64,000 nt of DNA from Eledone cirrhosa (taxonomy: Eukaryota). The position numbers and the translations under genes are program-made. The notes under the pieces are model-generated. The model did not search any database. It saw only the letters and a program-made list of their open reading frames with translations, and had not been told where the DNA came from. Positions 9,601-24,800 of the stretch are shown in pieces. The first letter of the stretch is position 1; each line of letters begins with the position of its first letter. The stretch lies in contig OZ024752.1 of NCBI GenBank assembly GCA_964016885.1, positions 43,400,001 to 43,464,000 of the forward strand. Reading direction: 5' to 3'.

Positions 9601-12600
9601 AGGTTTGCGGAAGTTGGTTTTGCAAATGGTTAAAACACTTGCATCACAAAATTCAAATAGCATCACTCCTTGTTTTATCTTTCTCGTCTTTACCTAGGCC
9701 TGCATAAGTTAGTGTTACGGTTAGTGTTACTGTTAGCGTTACGGCTAGTTTTAGGGTTAATTGAGAGCAAGAAACTGCTGCTAGGTAAAGACAAGAAATT
9801 CTGCATTTACAAGCAATTTTTACAAACAGCCACAATGACAGGACGGAGACATCGTTATGCTAGCAGGGGATTTCAATGGTCATGTTGGACAGCTCTACGA
9901 TGGTTACACTGAGGTACATGTTGGGCACACTTACGGCTTAAGAAATGAAGCAGTGAAACTTCTTGAATTTTGCGATGCAATTGCACTAACCATCTACAAC
10001 ACTAACTTACACAAATCTGCCAACCACCTAATAACCTACAAATCAGGCAAGCACATAAGCCAGATTGACTTCTTGCTAGTTAGGCAGCGGGACAGGCAGA
10101 TGGTGTCAAATACAAAGGCATACCCCGGGGAAGAATGTACCCCAAGCAAGAGACTGAATGAGACATACAGGAAGGTGTGGAAAAAAGAAAGGTCTGGAAG
10201 CTAAAAGAGCTCTCACTAAAATACAAATTTAGGAAAGCCCTTCAATATGTGTATGATGAAAAAGAAGACGATTTAGAGTCGTACAACATAGATGATAACT
10301 GGAATTTCTTATGCGATACCTTACTGCAGGTTACTGATGAAACTTGTGGCTGGATCAGAGTTCCAACCAGACAGAGAGTGACATGGTGGTGGGACAGCAC
10401 GGTAGATCGGGCCATTGGAGACTAAAGACTAGCATGGAATGCTTGCAAAATTAGTGCGAGTAGAGAAGAATATACAGCCGCTAAGAGAGAAGCTAGACGT
10501 CAGGTGTACTTAGCATGCAAGGAGGCTGCTCGACGACGTGCGCTGTTCCGTACTGCAAGGCAGTGTGTCAGTGCAAATCGGGATTAAGTCTGTCCGCAAT
10601 GATGCCGCTGTACTTTGTGTCACGAATGAGTGTTGATGAGTAGAAAAGAGGACAAAACTCTATTCCGTCAGGGAAATGGCCATGTTCGATATGCAGAAAC
10701 GGAACTGGCATAAATTATATAAAACGTACGCAAAAGATCGAGTGCGATAGCAGGCACGTAGTGGGATAGCAGGCAAACTAACAGCATATTTTGATTATAA
10801 TAAAACAAATAATAATAGTAATAATAATAATAATCGTCATTGTTCTTTTCTTCTGTGCCTTTCTTTGCCTTCTCTGTCATCTGAATAACAAAAATAAAAA
10901 GAAAAAAGAATCTTAAACATATGTTGCCTTTACAAAGTGCTGTGATCAAAGTAGCTTTTAAGCAATTTCCTAACTAACAAACAACATCAACAAAATATAT
11001 ACAAATATCTTTGAATGTCAAGTCCACCAAGAGAAAATAGTCATAATGTACTTACAGATACAATGCTAGGGACTCGCATCAATGAGTTTTAGTAGAAAAT
11101 GACTGACTGACTGTTGAGGGACAGAGGTGTGTTTTCAAATATTTATCAATTCACAACAAAGCCTCACAAAGCTACATCATAATGCAAACTCACAACACCC
11201 TTCTTATGCAACCTCACCAAGCAACCCCACAACACAACCTCACGTTCACAATTCACAACACTCAACAAGGCATTCGTTATCTAGGGTTTACAGTAAACAT
11301 AGCGAGGTAAAACACACCCAGTACACTCTGTAAAGTGGTCATTAGGTTAAGATTAAACTGAAATCATACCTCCATTGTCGTTGGCGTATATTTTCTCTAA
11401 AACTTAATTTCATTGCTTTCATTTCTATTCTTTTTCTTCTATTCCATCTAAATATGAAAAAAATTATACAGGTCATTTCGTCTTATCAAGAGGTCCATTT
11501 AAAAAAAAAAAAAAAACCCGAGATAATACCTTAAAATAATGGTAAAAAAAGTGTTTAATTACGAAAATCCTTTGAAATAACTTCCTCGCTCTTACTGGTC
11601 ATACCTGCAAAACACAAAACACTAGGGTTACAGTGAAAAGTGCAGTGCAGTGCAGTGCAGTGCAGTGCAGTGTAATTTAGTATGGTGCAGTTTAGTGGCA
11701 CAGTACACTGTAAAACATTTAGCCAATCTCTCAGACATTTACAAATCTTTCAAGATATATATATATATATATATATATGGGAGAGAGAGAAATTACCCTC
11801 AGTAGATCAGACAGAGGGACCAGCTATTGAGATTAACGAATATAGGGTCCAAGAGGCGATTAAGGAAATGAAAAATGGTGAGGCTGCTGGACCATCGGAG
11901 ATAGTTGCTGAGATGCTGAAGGCCTCAGGGGACGTAGGCACTAAACTGGTTGCACACATCATCAATCAGGCTATATATGGCAGTGTCATACCCAAAGACT
12001 AGTGCAAAAGTAAAGGGGACGCTCTTGAGAGGAGAAATTATAGGGATATAAAACTGATGGATCAGGTTATGAAAGTGGCAGAAAGGATATTAGCACAACT
12101 AATTAGAGAAAGGGTCAAACTAGATGAGATGCAGTTTGGTTTTGTGCCTGGGAATAGTACAACAGATGCCCTCTTCTTGATGAGACAATTACAAGAGAGG
12201 TTCTTAGAGAAAAATAAGCCACTATACTTAGCCTTTGTTGACCTAGAGAAGGCCTTTGATAGGGGTACCCCGATCTGTCATCTTATTATTTAACCTATAA
12301 ATGGGGCCCTAACAGGTACTACTACACCAGGCCAGAGCAGATCTGGGAGTTATGACAACTAAGGGGGTAACTCCACGTTCCCCACAGTTCCTCCTGAACT
12401 TGAGCCTTGCCACTGGATGTAGTTTAATGTCATACCCAGGACAAATATATACATACATATATATATACATACACACATATATATATATATATATACATAT
12501 ATACAAATATATATATGCGTACGAAAGTGTGGTTACATGATGCCTATGCGAGATGTGCGACCCTGCATGGTAGTGAGACATGGACAGCAACTGCAGAGGG

Positions 12601-15140
12601 TATGCGATGGCTGGAGAGAAATGAAGCAAGCACGCTCCGTTGGATGTGCAATGTCAATGTGCGGGAACGACCAAGCATAAACGAGTTGAGAGAGAAACTG
12701 TGTTTAAGAGGGATAAGTTGTGGTGTGCAAGAGGGGACTGAGATGGTATGGACATGTGATGCGCATGGAGGTTGAGCGCTGGGTAAAGAAGGGAGACGCA
12801 GTAGAGGAAGACCACGAAAAACATGGGTGGAGGTGGTGAGAGCCGACTTCAGATCGCTGAAACTCACCAAGGAGATGACGAAGGACCGTGACAAGTGAAG
12901 AGATGCTTTGCTCAAGAGGACCTGTCCCACCCTTTCAAGCAGGGAAAAGCGGACGTAAAATGATGAACAGACGATGATAATGATGCTCTCTATATATCTA
13001 TCTCTCTATCAATCTATCCAGATATCTGTGCATCAGTCTATCTATTTACCTATAAACACCCTCCTCACTCCGTCTCAGGATCACCGAGACATCACCAACA
13101 ACCAACCCACGCTGTGGGAAACAGTCCTCCCCGGGGCACACCCTGGTACTTCACACCATCTGTCTGTCTCGCTGCCTAACTACCGAGAAATCCGGCTTCT
13201 GTGCTTGCCTAATTTGTAGGTTATTAGGCAGTTGGCAGGTTTGCGGAAGTTGGTTTTGCAAATGGTTAAAACACTTGCATCACAAAATTCAAATAGCATC
13301 ACTCCTTGTTTTATCTTTCTCGTCTTTACCTAGGCCTGCATAAGTTAGTGTTACGGTTAGTGTTACTGTTAGCGTTACGGCTAGTTTTAGGGTTAATTGA
13401 GAGCAAGAAACTGCTGCTAGGTAAAGACAAGAAATTCTGCATTTACAAGCAATTTTTACAAACAGCCACAATGACAGGACGGAGACATCGTTATGCTAGC
13501 AGGGGATTTCAATGGTCATGTTGGACAGCTCTACGATGGTTACACTGAGGTACATGTTGGGCACACTTACGGCTTAAGAAATGAAGCAGTGAAACTTCTT
13601 GAATTTTGCGATGCAATTGCACTAACCATCTACAACACTAACTTACACAAATCTGCCAACCACCTAATAACCTACAAATCAGGCAAGCACATAAGCCAGA
13701 TTGACTTCTTGCTAGTTAGGCAGCGGGACAGGCAGATGGTGTCAAATACAAAGGCATACCCCGGGGAAGAATGTACCCCAAGCAAGAGACTGAATGAGAC
13801 ATACAGGAAGGTGTGGAAAAAAGAAAGGTCTGGAAGCTAAAAGAGCTCTCACTAAAATACAAATTTAGGAAAGCCCTTCAATATGTGTATGATGAAAAAG
13901 AAGACGATTTAGAGTCGTACAACATAGATGATAACTGGAATTTCTTATGCGATACCTTACTGCAGGTTACTGATGAAACTTGTGGCTGGATCAGAGTTCC
14001 AACCAGACAGAGAGTGACATGGTGGTGGGACAGCACGGTAGATCGGGCCATTGGAGACTAAAGACTAGCATGGAATGCTTGCAAAATTAGTGCGAGTAGA
14101 GAAGAATATACAGCCGCTAAGAGAGAAGCTAGACGTCAGGTGTACTTAGCATGCAAGGAGGCTGCTCGACGACGTGCGCTGTTCCGTACTGCAAGGCAGT
14201 GTGTCAGTGCAAATCGGGATTAAGTCTGTCCGCAATGATGCCGCTGTACTTTGTGTCACGAATGAGTGTTGATGAGTAGAAAAGAGGACAAAACTCTATT
14301 CCGTCAGGGAAATGGCCATGTTCGATATGCAGAAACGGAACTGGCATAAATTATATAAAACGTACGCAAAAGATCGAGTGCGATAGCAGGCACGTAGTGG
14401 GATAGCAGGCAAACTAACAGCATATTTTGATTATAATAAAACAAATAATAATAGTAATAATAATAATAATCGTCATTGTTCTTTTCTTCTGTGCCTTTCT
14501 TTGCCTTCTCTGTCATCTGAATAACAAAAATAAAAAGAAAAAAGAATCTTAAACATATGTTGCCTTTACAAAGTGCTGTGATCAAAGTAGCTTTTAAGCA
14601 ATTTCCTAACTAACAAACAACATCAACAAAATATATACAAATATCTTTGAATGTCAAGTCCACCAAGAGAAAATAGTCATAATGTACTTACAGATACAAT
14701 GCTAGGGACTCGCATCAATGAGTTTTAGTAGAAAATGACTGACTGACTGTTGAGGGACAGAGGTGTGTTTTCAAATATTTATCAATTCACAACAAAGCCT
14801 CACAAAGCTACATCATAATGCAAACTCACAACACCCTTCTTATGCAACCTCACCAAGCAACCCCACAACCCCACAACACAACCTCACGTTCACAATTCAC
14901 AACACTCAACAAGGCATTCGTTATCTAGGGTTTACAGTAAACATAGCGAGGTAAAACACACCCAGTACACTCTGTAAAGTGGTCATTAGGTTAAGATTAA
15001 ACTGAAATCATACCTCCATTGTCGTTGGCGTATATTTTCTCTAAAACTTAATTTCATTGCTTTCATTTCTATTCTTTTTCTTCTATTCCATCTAAATATG
15101 AAAAAAATTATACAGGTCATTTCGTCTTATCAAGAGGTCC

Positions 15141-15177
<37 letters not shown>

Positions 15178-18100
15178 CGAGATAATACCTTAAAATAATG
15201 GTAAAAAAAGTGTTTAATTACGAAAATCCTTTGAAATAACTTCCTCGCTCTTACTGGTCATACCTGCAAAACACAAAACACTAGCGTTACAGTGAAAAGT
15301 GCAGTGCAGTGCAGTGCAGTGCAGTGCAGTGCAGTGCAGTGTAATTTAGTATGGTGCAGTTTAGTGGCACAGTACACTGTAAAACATTTAGCCAATCTCT
15401 CAGACATTTACAAATCTTTCAAGATATATATATATATATATATATATGGGAGAGAGAGAAATTACCCTCAGTAGATCAGACAGAGGGACCAGCTATTGAG
15501 ATTAACGAATATAGGGTCCAAGAGGCGATTAAGGAAATGAAAAATGGTGAGGCTGCTGGACCATCGGAGATAGTTGCTGAGATGCTGAAGGCCTCAGGGG
15601 ACGTAGGCACTAAACTGGTTGCACACATCATCAATCAGGCTATATATGGCAGTGTCATACCCAAAGACTAGTGCAAAAGTAAAGGGGACGCTCTTGAGAG
15701 GAGAAATTATAGGGATATAAAACTGATGGATCAGGTTATGAAAGTGGCAGAAAGGATATTAGCACAACTAATTAGAGAAAGGGTCAAACTAGATGAGATG
15801 CAGTTTGGTTTTGTGCCTGGGAATAGTACAACAGATGCCCTCTTCTTGATGAGACAATTACAAGAGAGGTTCTTAGAGAAAAATAAGCCACTATACTTAG
15901 CCTTTGTTGACCTAGAGAAGGCCTTTGATAGGGGTACCCCGATCTGTCATCTTATTATTTAACCTATAAATGGGGCCCTAACAGGTACTACTACACCAGG
16001 CCAGAGCAGACCTGGGAGTTATGACAACTAAGGGGGTAACTCCACGTTCCCCACAGTTCCTCCTGAACTTGAGCCTTGCCACTGGATGTAGTTTAATGTC
16101 ATACCCAGGACAAATATATACATACATATATATATACATACACACATATATATATATATATATACATATATACAAATATATATATGCGTACGAAAGTGTG
16201 GTTACATGATGCCTATGCGAGATGTGCGACCCTGCATGGTAGTGAGACATGGACAGCAACTGCAGAGGGTATGCGATGGCTGGAGAGAAATGAAGCAAGC
16301 ACGCTCCGTTGGATGTGCAATGTCAATGTGCGGGAACGACCAAGCATAAACGAGTTGAGAGAGAAACTGTGTTTAAGAGGGATAAGTTGTGGTGTGCAAG
16401 AGGGGACTGAGATGGTATGGACATGTGATGCGCATGGAGGTTGAGCGCTGGGTAAAGAAGGGAGACGCAGTAGAGGAAGACCACGAAAAACATGGGTGGA
16501 GGTGGTGAGAGCCGACTTCAGATCGCTGAAACTCACCAAGGAGATGACGAAGGACCGTGACAAGTGAAGAGATGCTTTGCTCAAGAGGACCTGTCCCACC
16601 CTTTCAAGCAGGGAAAAGCGGACGTAAAATGATGAACAGACGATGATAATGATGCTCTCTATATATCTATCTCTCTATCAATCTATCCAGATATCTGTGC
16701 ATCAGTCTATCTATTTACCTATAAACACCCTCCTCACTCCGTCTCAGGATCACCGAGACATCACCAACAACCAACCCACGCTGTGGGAAACAGTCCTCCC
16801 CGGGGCACACCCTGGTACTTCACACCATCTGTCTGTCTCGCTGCCTAACTACCGAGAAATCCGGCTTCTGTGCTTGCCTAATTTGTAGGTTATTAGGCAG
16901 TTGGCAGGTTTGCGGAAGTTGGTTTTGCAAATGGTTAAAACACTTGCATCACAAAATTCAAATAGCATCACTCCTTGTTTTATCTTTCTCGTCTTTACCT
17001 AGGCCTGCATAAGTTAGTGTTACGGTTAGTGTTACTGTTAGCGTTACGGCTAGTTTTAGGGTTAATTGAGAGCAAGAAACTGCTGCTAGGTAAAGACAAG
17101 AAATTCTGCATTTACAAGCAATTTTTACAAACAGCCACAATGACAGGACGGAGACATCGTTATGCTAGCAGGGGATTTCAATGGTCATGTTGGACAGCTC
17201 TACGATGGTTACACTGAGGTACATGTTGGGCACACTTACGGCTTAAGAAATGAAGCAGTGAAACTTCTTGAATTTTGCGATGCAATTGCACTAACCATCT
17301 ACAACACTAACTTACACAAATCTGCCAACCACCTAATAACCTACAAATCAGGCAAGCACATAAGCCAGATTGACTTCTTGCTAGTTAGGCAGCGGGACAG
17401 GCAGATGGTGTCAAATACAAAGGCATACCCCGGGGAAGAATGTACCCCAAGCAAGAGACTGAATGAGACATACAGGAAGGTGTGGAAAAAAGAAAGGTCT
17501 GGAAGCTAAAAGAGCTCTCACTAAAATACAAATTTAGGAAAGCCCTTCAATATGTGTATGATGAAAAAGAAGACGATTTAGAGTCGTACAACATAGATGA
17601 TAACTGGAATTTCTTATGCGATACCTTACTGCAGGTTACTGATGAAACTTGTGGCTGGATCAGAGTTCCAACCAGACAGAGAGTGACATGGTGGTGGGAC
17701 AGCACGGTAGATCGGGCCATTGGAGACTAAAGACTAGCATGGAATGCTTGCAAAATTAGTGCGAGTAGAGAAGAATATACAGCCGCTAAGAGAGAAGCTA
17801 GACGTCAGGTGTACTTAGCATGCAAGGAGGCTGCTCGACGACGTGCGCTGTTCCGTACTGCAAGGCAGTGTGTCAGTGAAAATCGGGATTAAGTCTGTCC
17901 GCAATGATGCCGCTGTACTTTGTGTCACGAATGAGTGTTGATGAGTAGAAAAGAGGACAAAACTCTATTCCGTCAGGGAAATGGCCATGTTCGATATGCA
18001 GAAACGGAACTGGCATAAATTATATAAAACGTACGCAAAAGATCGAGTGCGATAGCAGGCACGTAGTGGGATAGCAGGCAAACTAACAGCATATTTTGAT

Positions 18101-18801
18101 TATAATAAAACAAATAATAATAGTAATAATAATAATAATCGTCATTGTTCTTTTCTTCTGTGCCTTTCTTTGCCTTCTCTGTCATCTGAATAACAAAAAT
18201 AAAAAGAAAAAAGAATCTTAAACATATGTTGCCTTTACAAAGTGCTGTGATCAAAGTAGCTTTTAAGCAATTTCCTAACTAACAAACAACATCAACAAAA
18301 TATATACAAATATCTTTGAATGTCAAGTCCACCAAGAGAAAATAGTCATAATGTACTTACAGATACAATGCTAGGGACTCGCATCAATGAGTTTTAGTAG
18401 AAAATGACTGACTGACTGTTGAGGGACAGAGGTGTGTTTTCAAATATTTATCAATTCACAACAAAGCCTCACAAAGCTACATCATAATGCAAACTCACAA
18501 CACCCTTCTTATGCAACCTCACCAAGCAACCCCACAACACAACCTCACGTTCACAATTCACAACACTCAACAAGGCATTCATTATCTAGGGTTTACAGTA
18601 AACATAGCGAGGTAAAACACACCCAGTACACTCTGTAAAGTGGTCATTAGGTTAAGATTAAACTGAAATCATACCTCCATTGTCGTTGGCGTATATTTTC
18701 TCTAAAACTTAATTTCATTGCTTTCATTTCTATTCTTTTTCTTCTATTCCATCTAAATATGAAAAAAATTATACAGGTCATTTCGTCTTATCAAGAGGTC
18801 C

Positions 18802-18839
<38 letters not shown>

Positions 18840-21800
18840 GAGATAATACCTTAAAATAATGGTAAAAAAAGTGTTTAATTACGAAAATCCTTTGAAATAA
18901 CTTCCTCGCTCTTACTGGTCATACCTGCAAAACACAAAACACTAGCGTTACAGTGAAAAGTGCAGTGCAGTGCAGTGCAGTGCAGTGCAGTGCAGTGTAA
19001 TTTAGTATGGTGCAGTTTAGTGGCACAGTACACTGTAAAACATTTAGCCAATCTCTCAGACATTTACAAATCTTTCAAGATATATATATATATATATATA
19101 TATGGGAGAGAGAGAAATTACCCTCAGTAGATCAGACAGAGGGACCAGCTATTGAGATTAACGAATATAGGGTCCAAGAGGCGATTAAGGAAATGAAAAA
19201 TGGTGAGGCTGCTGGACCATCGGAGATAGTTGCTGAGATGCTGAAGGCCTCAGGGGACGTAGGCACTAAACTGGTTGCACACATCATCAATCAGGCTATA
19301 TATGGCAGTGTCATACCCAAAGACTAGTGCAAAAGTAAAGGGGACGCTCTTGAGAGGAGAAATTATAGGGATATAAAACTGATGGATCAGGTTATGAAAG
19401 TGGCAGAAAGGATATTAGCACAACTAATTAGAGAAAGGGTCAAACTAGATGAGATGCAGTTTGGTTTTGTGCCTGGGAATAGTACAACAGATGCCCTCTT
19501 CTTGATGAGACAATTACAAGAGAGGTTCTTAGAGAAAAATAAGCCACTATACTTAGCCTTTGTTGACCTAGAGAAGGCCTTTGATAGGGGTACCCCGATC
19601 TGTCATCTTATTATTTAACCTATAAATGGGGCCCTAACAGGTACTACTACACCAGGCCAGAGCAGACCTGGGAGTTATGACAACTAAGGGGGTAACTCCA
19701 CGTTCCCCACAGTTCCTCCTGAACTTGAGCCTTGCCACTGGATGTAGTTTAATGTCATACCCAGGACAAATATATACATACATATATATATACATACACA
19801 CATATATATATATATATACATATATACAAATATATATATGCGTACGAAAGTGTGGTTACATGATGCCTATGCGAGATGTGCGACCCTGCATGGTAGTGAG
19901 ACATGGACAGCAACTGCAGAGGGTATGCGATGGCTGGAGAGAAATGAAGCAAGCACGCTCCGTTGGATGTGCAATGTCAATGTGCGGGAACGACCAAGCA
20001 TAAACGAGTTGAGAGAGAAACTGTGTTTAAGAGGGATAAGTTGTGGTGTGCAAGAGGGGACTGAGATGGTATGGACATGTGATGCGCATGGAGGTTGAGC
20101 GCTGGGTAAAGGGAGACGCAGTAGAGGAAGACCACGAAAAACATGGGTGGAGGTGGTGAGAGCCGACTTCAGATCGCTGAAACTCACCAAGGAGATGACG
20201 AAGGACCGTGACAAGTGAAGAGATGCTTTGCTCAAGAGGACCTGTCCCACCCTTTCAAGCAGGGAAAAGCGGACGTAAAATGATGAACAGACGATGATAA
20301 TGATGCTCTCTATATATCTATCTCTCTATCAATCTATCCAGATATCTGTGCATCAGTTTATCTATTTACCTATAAACACCCTCCTCACTCCGTCTCAGGA
20401 TCACCGAGACATCACCAACAACCAACCCACGCTGTGGGAAACAGTCCTCCCCGGGGCACACCCTGGTACTTCACACCATCTGTCTGTCTCGCTGCCTAAC
20501 TACCGAGAAATCCGGCTTCTGTGCTTGCCTAATTTGTAGGTTATTAGGCAGTTGGCAGGTTTGCGGAAGTTGGTTTTGCAAATGGTTAAAACACTTGCAT
20601 CACAAAATTCAAATAGCATCACTCCTTGTTTTATCTTTCTCGTCTTTACCTAGGCCTGCATAAGTTAGTGTTACGGTTAGTGTTACTGTTAGCGTTACGG
20701 CTAGTTTTAGGGTTAATTGAGAGCAAGAAACTGCTGCTAGGTAAAGACAAGAAATTCTGCATTTACAAGCAATTTTTACAAACAGCCACAATGACAGGAC
20801 GGAGACATCGTTATGCTAGCAGGGGATTTCAATGGTCATGTTGGACAGCTCTACGATGGTTACACTGAGGTACATGTTGGGCACACTTACGGCTTAAGAA
20901 ATGAAGCAGTGAAACTTCTTGAATTTTGCGATGCAATTGCACTAACCATCTACAACACTAACTTACACAAATCTGCCAACCACCTAATAACCTACAAATC
21001 AGGCAAGCACATAAGCCAGATTGACTTCTTGCTAGTTAGGCAGCGGGACAGGCAGATGGTGTCAAATACAAAGGCATACCCCGGGGAAGAATGTACCCCA
21101 AGCAAGAGACTGAATGAGACATACAGGAAGGTGTGGAAAAAAGAAAGGTCTGGAAGCTAAAAGAGCTCTCACTAAAATACAAATTTAGGAAAGCCCTTCA
21201 ATATGTGTATGATGAAAAAGAAGACGATTTAGAGTCGTACAACATAGATGATAACTGGAATTTCTTATGCGATACCTTACTGCAGGTTACTGATGAAACT
21301 TGTGGCTGGATCAGAGTTCCAACCAGACAGAGAGTGACATGGTGGTGGGACAGCACGGTAGATCGGGCCATTGGAGACTAAAGACTAGCATGGAATGCTT
21401 GCAAAATTAGTGCGAGTAGAGAAGAATATACAGCCGCTAAGAGAGAAGCTAGACGTCAGGTGTACTTAGCATGCAAGGAGGCTGCTCGACGACGTGCGCT
21501 GTTCCGTACTGCAAGGCAGTGTGTCAGTGAAAATCGGGATTAAGTCTGTCCGCAATGATGCCGCTGTACTTTGTGTCACGAATGAGTGTTGATGAGTAGA
21601 AAAGAGGACAAAACTCTATTCCGTCAGGGAAATGGCCATGTTCGATATGCAGAAACGGAACTGGCATAAATTATATAAAACGTACGCAAAAGATCGAGTG
21701 CGATAGCAGGCACGTAGTGGGATAGCAGGCAAACTAACAGCATATTTTGATTATAATAAAACAAATAATAATAGTAATAATAATAATAATCGTCATTGTT

Positions 21801-24800
21801 CTTTTCTTCTGTGCCTTTCTTTGCCTTCTCTGTCATCTGAATAACAAAAATAAAAAGAAAAAAGAATCTTAAACATATGTTGCCTTTACAAAGTGCTGTG
21901 ATCAAAGTAGCTTTTAAGCAATTTCCTAACTAACAAACAACATCAACAAAATATATACAAATATCTTTGAATGTCAAGTCCACCAAGAGAAAATAGTCAT
22001 AATGTACTTACAGATACAATGCTAGGGACTCGCATCAATGAGTTTTAGTAGAAAATGACTGACTGACTGTTGAGGGACAGAGGTGTGTTTTCAAATATTT
22101 ATCAATTCACAACAAAGCCTCACAAAGCTACATCATAATGCAAACTCACAACACCCTTCTTATGCAACCTCACCAAGCAACCCCACAACCCCACAACACA
22201 ACCTCACGTTCACAATTCACAACACTCAACAAGGCATTCGTTATCTAGGGTTTACAGTAAACATAGCGAGGTAAAACACACCCAGTACACTCTGTAAAGT
22301 GGTCATTAGGTTAAGATTAAACTGAAATCATACCTCCATTGTCGTTGGCGTATATTTTCTCTAAAACTTAATTTCATTGCTTTCATTTCTATTCTTTTTC
22401 TTCTATTCCATCTAAATATGAAAAAAATTATACAGGTCATTTCGTCTTATCAAGAGGTCCATTTAAAAAAAAAAAAAAAACCCGAGATAATACCTTAAAA
22501 TAATGGTAAAAAAAGTGTTTAATTACGAAAATCCTTTGAAATAACTTCCTCGCTCTTACTGGTCATACCTGCAAAACACAAAACACTAGCGTTACAGTGA
22601 AAAGTGCAGTGCAGTGCAGTGCAGTGCAGTGCAGTGCAGTGTAATTTAGTATGGTGCAGTTTAGTGGCACAGTACACTGTAAAACATTTAGCCAATCTCT
22701 CAGACATTTACAAATCTTTCAAGATATATATATATATATATATATATGGGAGAGAGAGAAATTACCCTCAGTAGATCAGACAGAGGGACCAGCTATTGAG
22801 ATTAACGAATATAGGGTCCAAGAGGCGATTAAGGAAATGAAAAATGGTGAGGCTGCTGGACCATCGGAGATAGTTGCTGAGATGCTGAAGGCCTCAGGGG
22901 ACGTAGGCACTAAACTGGTTGCACACATCATCAATCAGGCTATATATGGCAGTGTCATACCCAAAGACTAGTGCAAAAGTAAAGGGGACGCTCTTGAGAG
23001 GAGAAATTATAGGGATATAAAACTGATGGATCAGGTTATGAAAGTGGCAGAAAGGATATTAGCACAACTAATTAGAGAAAGGGTCAAACTAGATGAGATG
23101 CAGTTTGGTTTTGTGCCTGGGAATAGTACAACAGATGCCCTCTTCTTGATGAGACAATTACAAGAGAGGTTCTTAGAGAAAAATAAGCCACTATACTTAG
23201 CCTTTGTTGACCTAGAGAAGGCCTTTGATAGGGGTACCCCGATCTGTCATCTTATTATTTAACCTATAAATGGGGCCCTAACAGGTACTACTACACCAGG
23301 CCAGAGCAGACCTGGGAGTTATGACAACTAAGGGGGTAACTCCACGTTCCCCACAGTTCCTCCTGAACTTGAGCCTTGCCACTGGATGTAGTTTAATGTC
23401 ATACCCAGGACAAATATATACATACATATATATATACATACACACATATATATATATATATATACATATATACAAATATATATATGCGTACGAAAGTGTG
23501 GTTACATGATGCCTATGCGAGATGTGCGACCCTGCATGGTAGTGAGACATGGACAGCAACTGCAGAGGGTATGCGATGGCTGGAGAGAAATGAAGCAAGC
23601 ACGCTCCGTTGGATGTGCAATGTCAATGTGCGGGAACGACCAAGCATAAACGAGTTGAGAGAGAAACTGTGTTTAAGAGGGATAAGTTGTGGTGTGCAAG
23701 AGGGGACTGAGATGGTATGGACATGTGATGCGCATGGAGGTTGAGCGCTGGGTAAAGGGAGACGCAGTAGAGGAAGACCACGAAAAACATGGGTGGAGGT
23801 GGTGAGAGCCGACTTCAGATCGCTGAAACTCACCAAGGAGATGACGAAGGACCGTGACAAGTGAAGAGATGCTTTGCTCAAGAGGACCTGTCCCACCCTT
23901 TCAAGCAGGGAAAAGCGGACGTAAAATGATGAACAGACGATGATAATGATGCTCTCTATATATCTATCTCTCTATCAATCTATCCAGATATCTGTGCATC
24001 AGTTTATCTATTTACCTATAAACACCCTCCTCACTCCGTCTCAGGATCACCGAGACATCACCAACAACCAACCCACGCTGTGGGAAACAGTCCTCCCCGG
24101 GGCACACCCTGGTACTTCACACCATCTGTCTGTCTCGCTGCCTAACTACCGAGAAATCCGGCTTCTGTGCTTGCCTAATTTGTAGGTTATTAGGCAGTTG
24201 GCAGGTTTGCGGAAGTTGGTTTTGCAAATGGTTAAAACACTTGCATCACAAAATTCAAATAGCATCACTCCTTGTTTTATCTTTCTCGTCTTTACCTAGG
24301 CCTGCATAAGTTAGTGTTACGGTTAGTGTTACTGTTAGCGTTACGGCTAGTTTTAGGGTTAATTGAGAGCAAGAAACTGCTGCTAGGTAAAGACAAGAAA
24401 TTCTGCATTTACAAGCAATTTTTACAAACAGCCACAATGACAGGACGGAGACATCGTTATGCTAGCAGGGGATTTCAATGGTCATGTTGGACAGCTCTAC
24501 GATGGTTACACTGAGGTACATGTTGGGCACACTTACGGCTTAAGAAATGAAGCAGTGAAACTTCTTGAATTTTGCGATGCAATTGCACTAACCATCTACA
24601 ACACTAACTTACACAAATCTGCCAACCACCTAATAACCTACAAATCAGGCAAGCACATAAGCCAGATTGACTTCTTGCTAGTTAGGCAGCGGGACAGGCA
24701 GATGGTGTCAAATACAAAGGCATACCCCGGGGAAGAATGTACCCCAAGCAAGAGACTGAATGAGACATACAGGAAGGTGTGGAAAAAAGAAAGGTCTGGA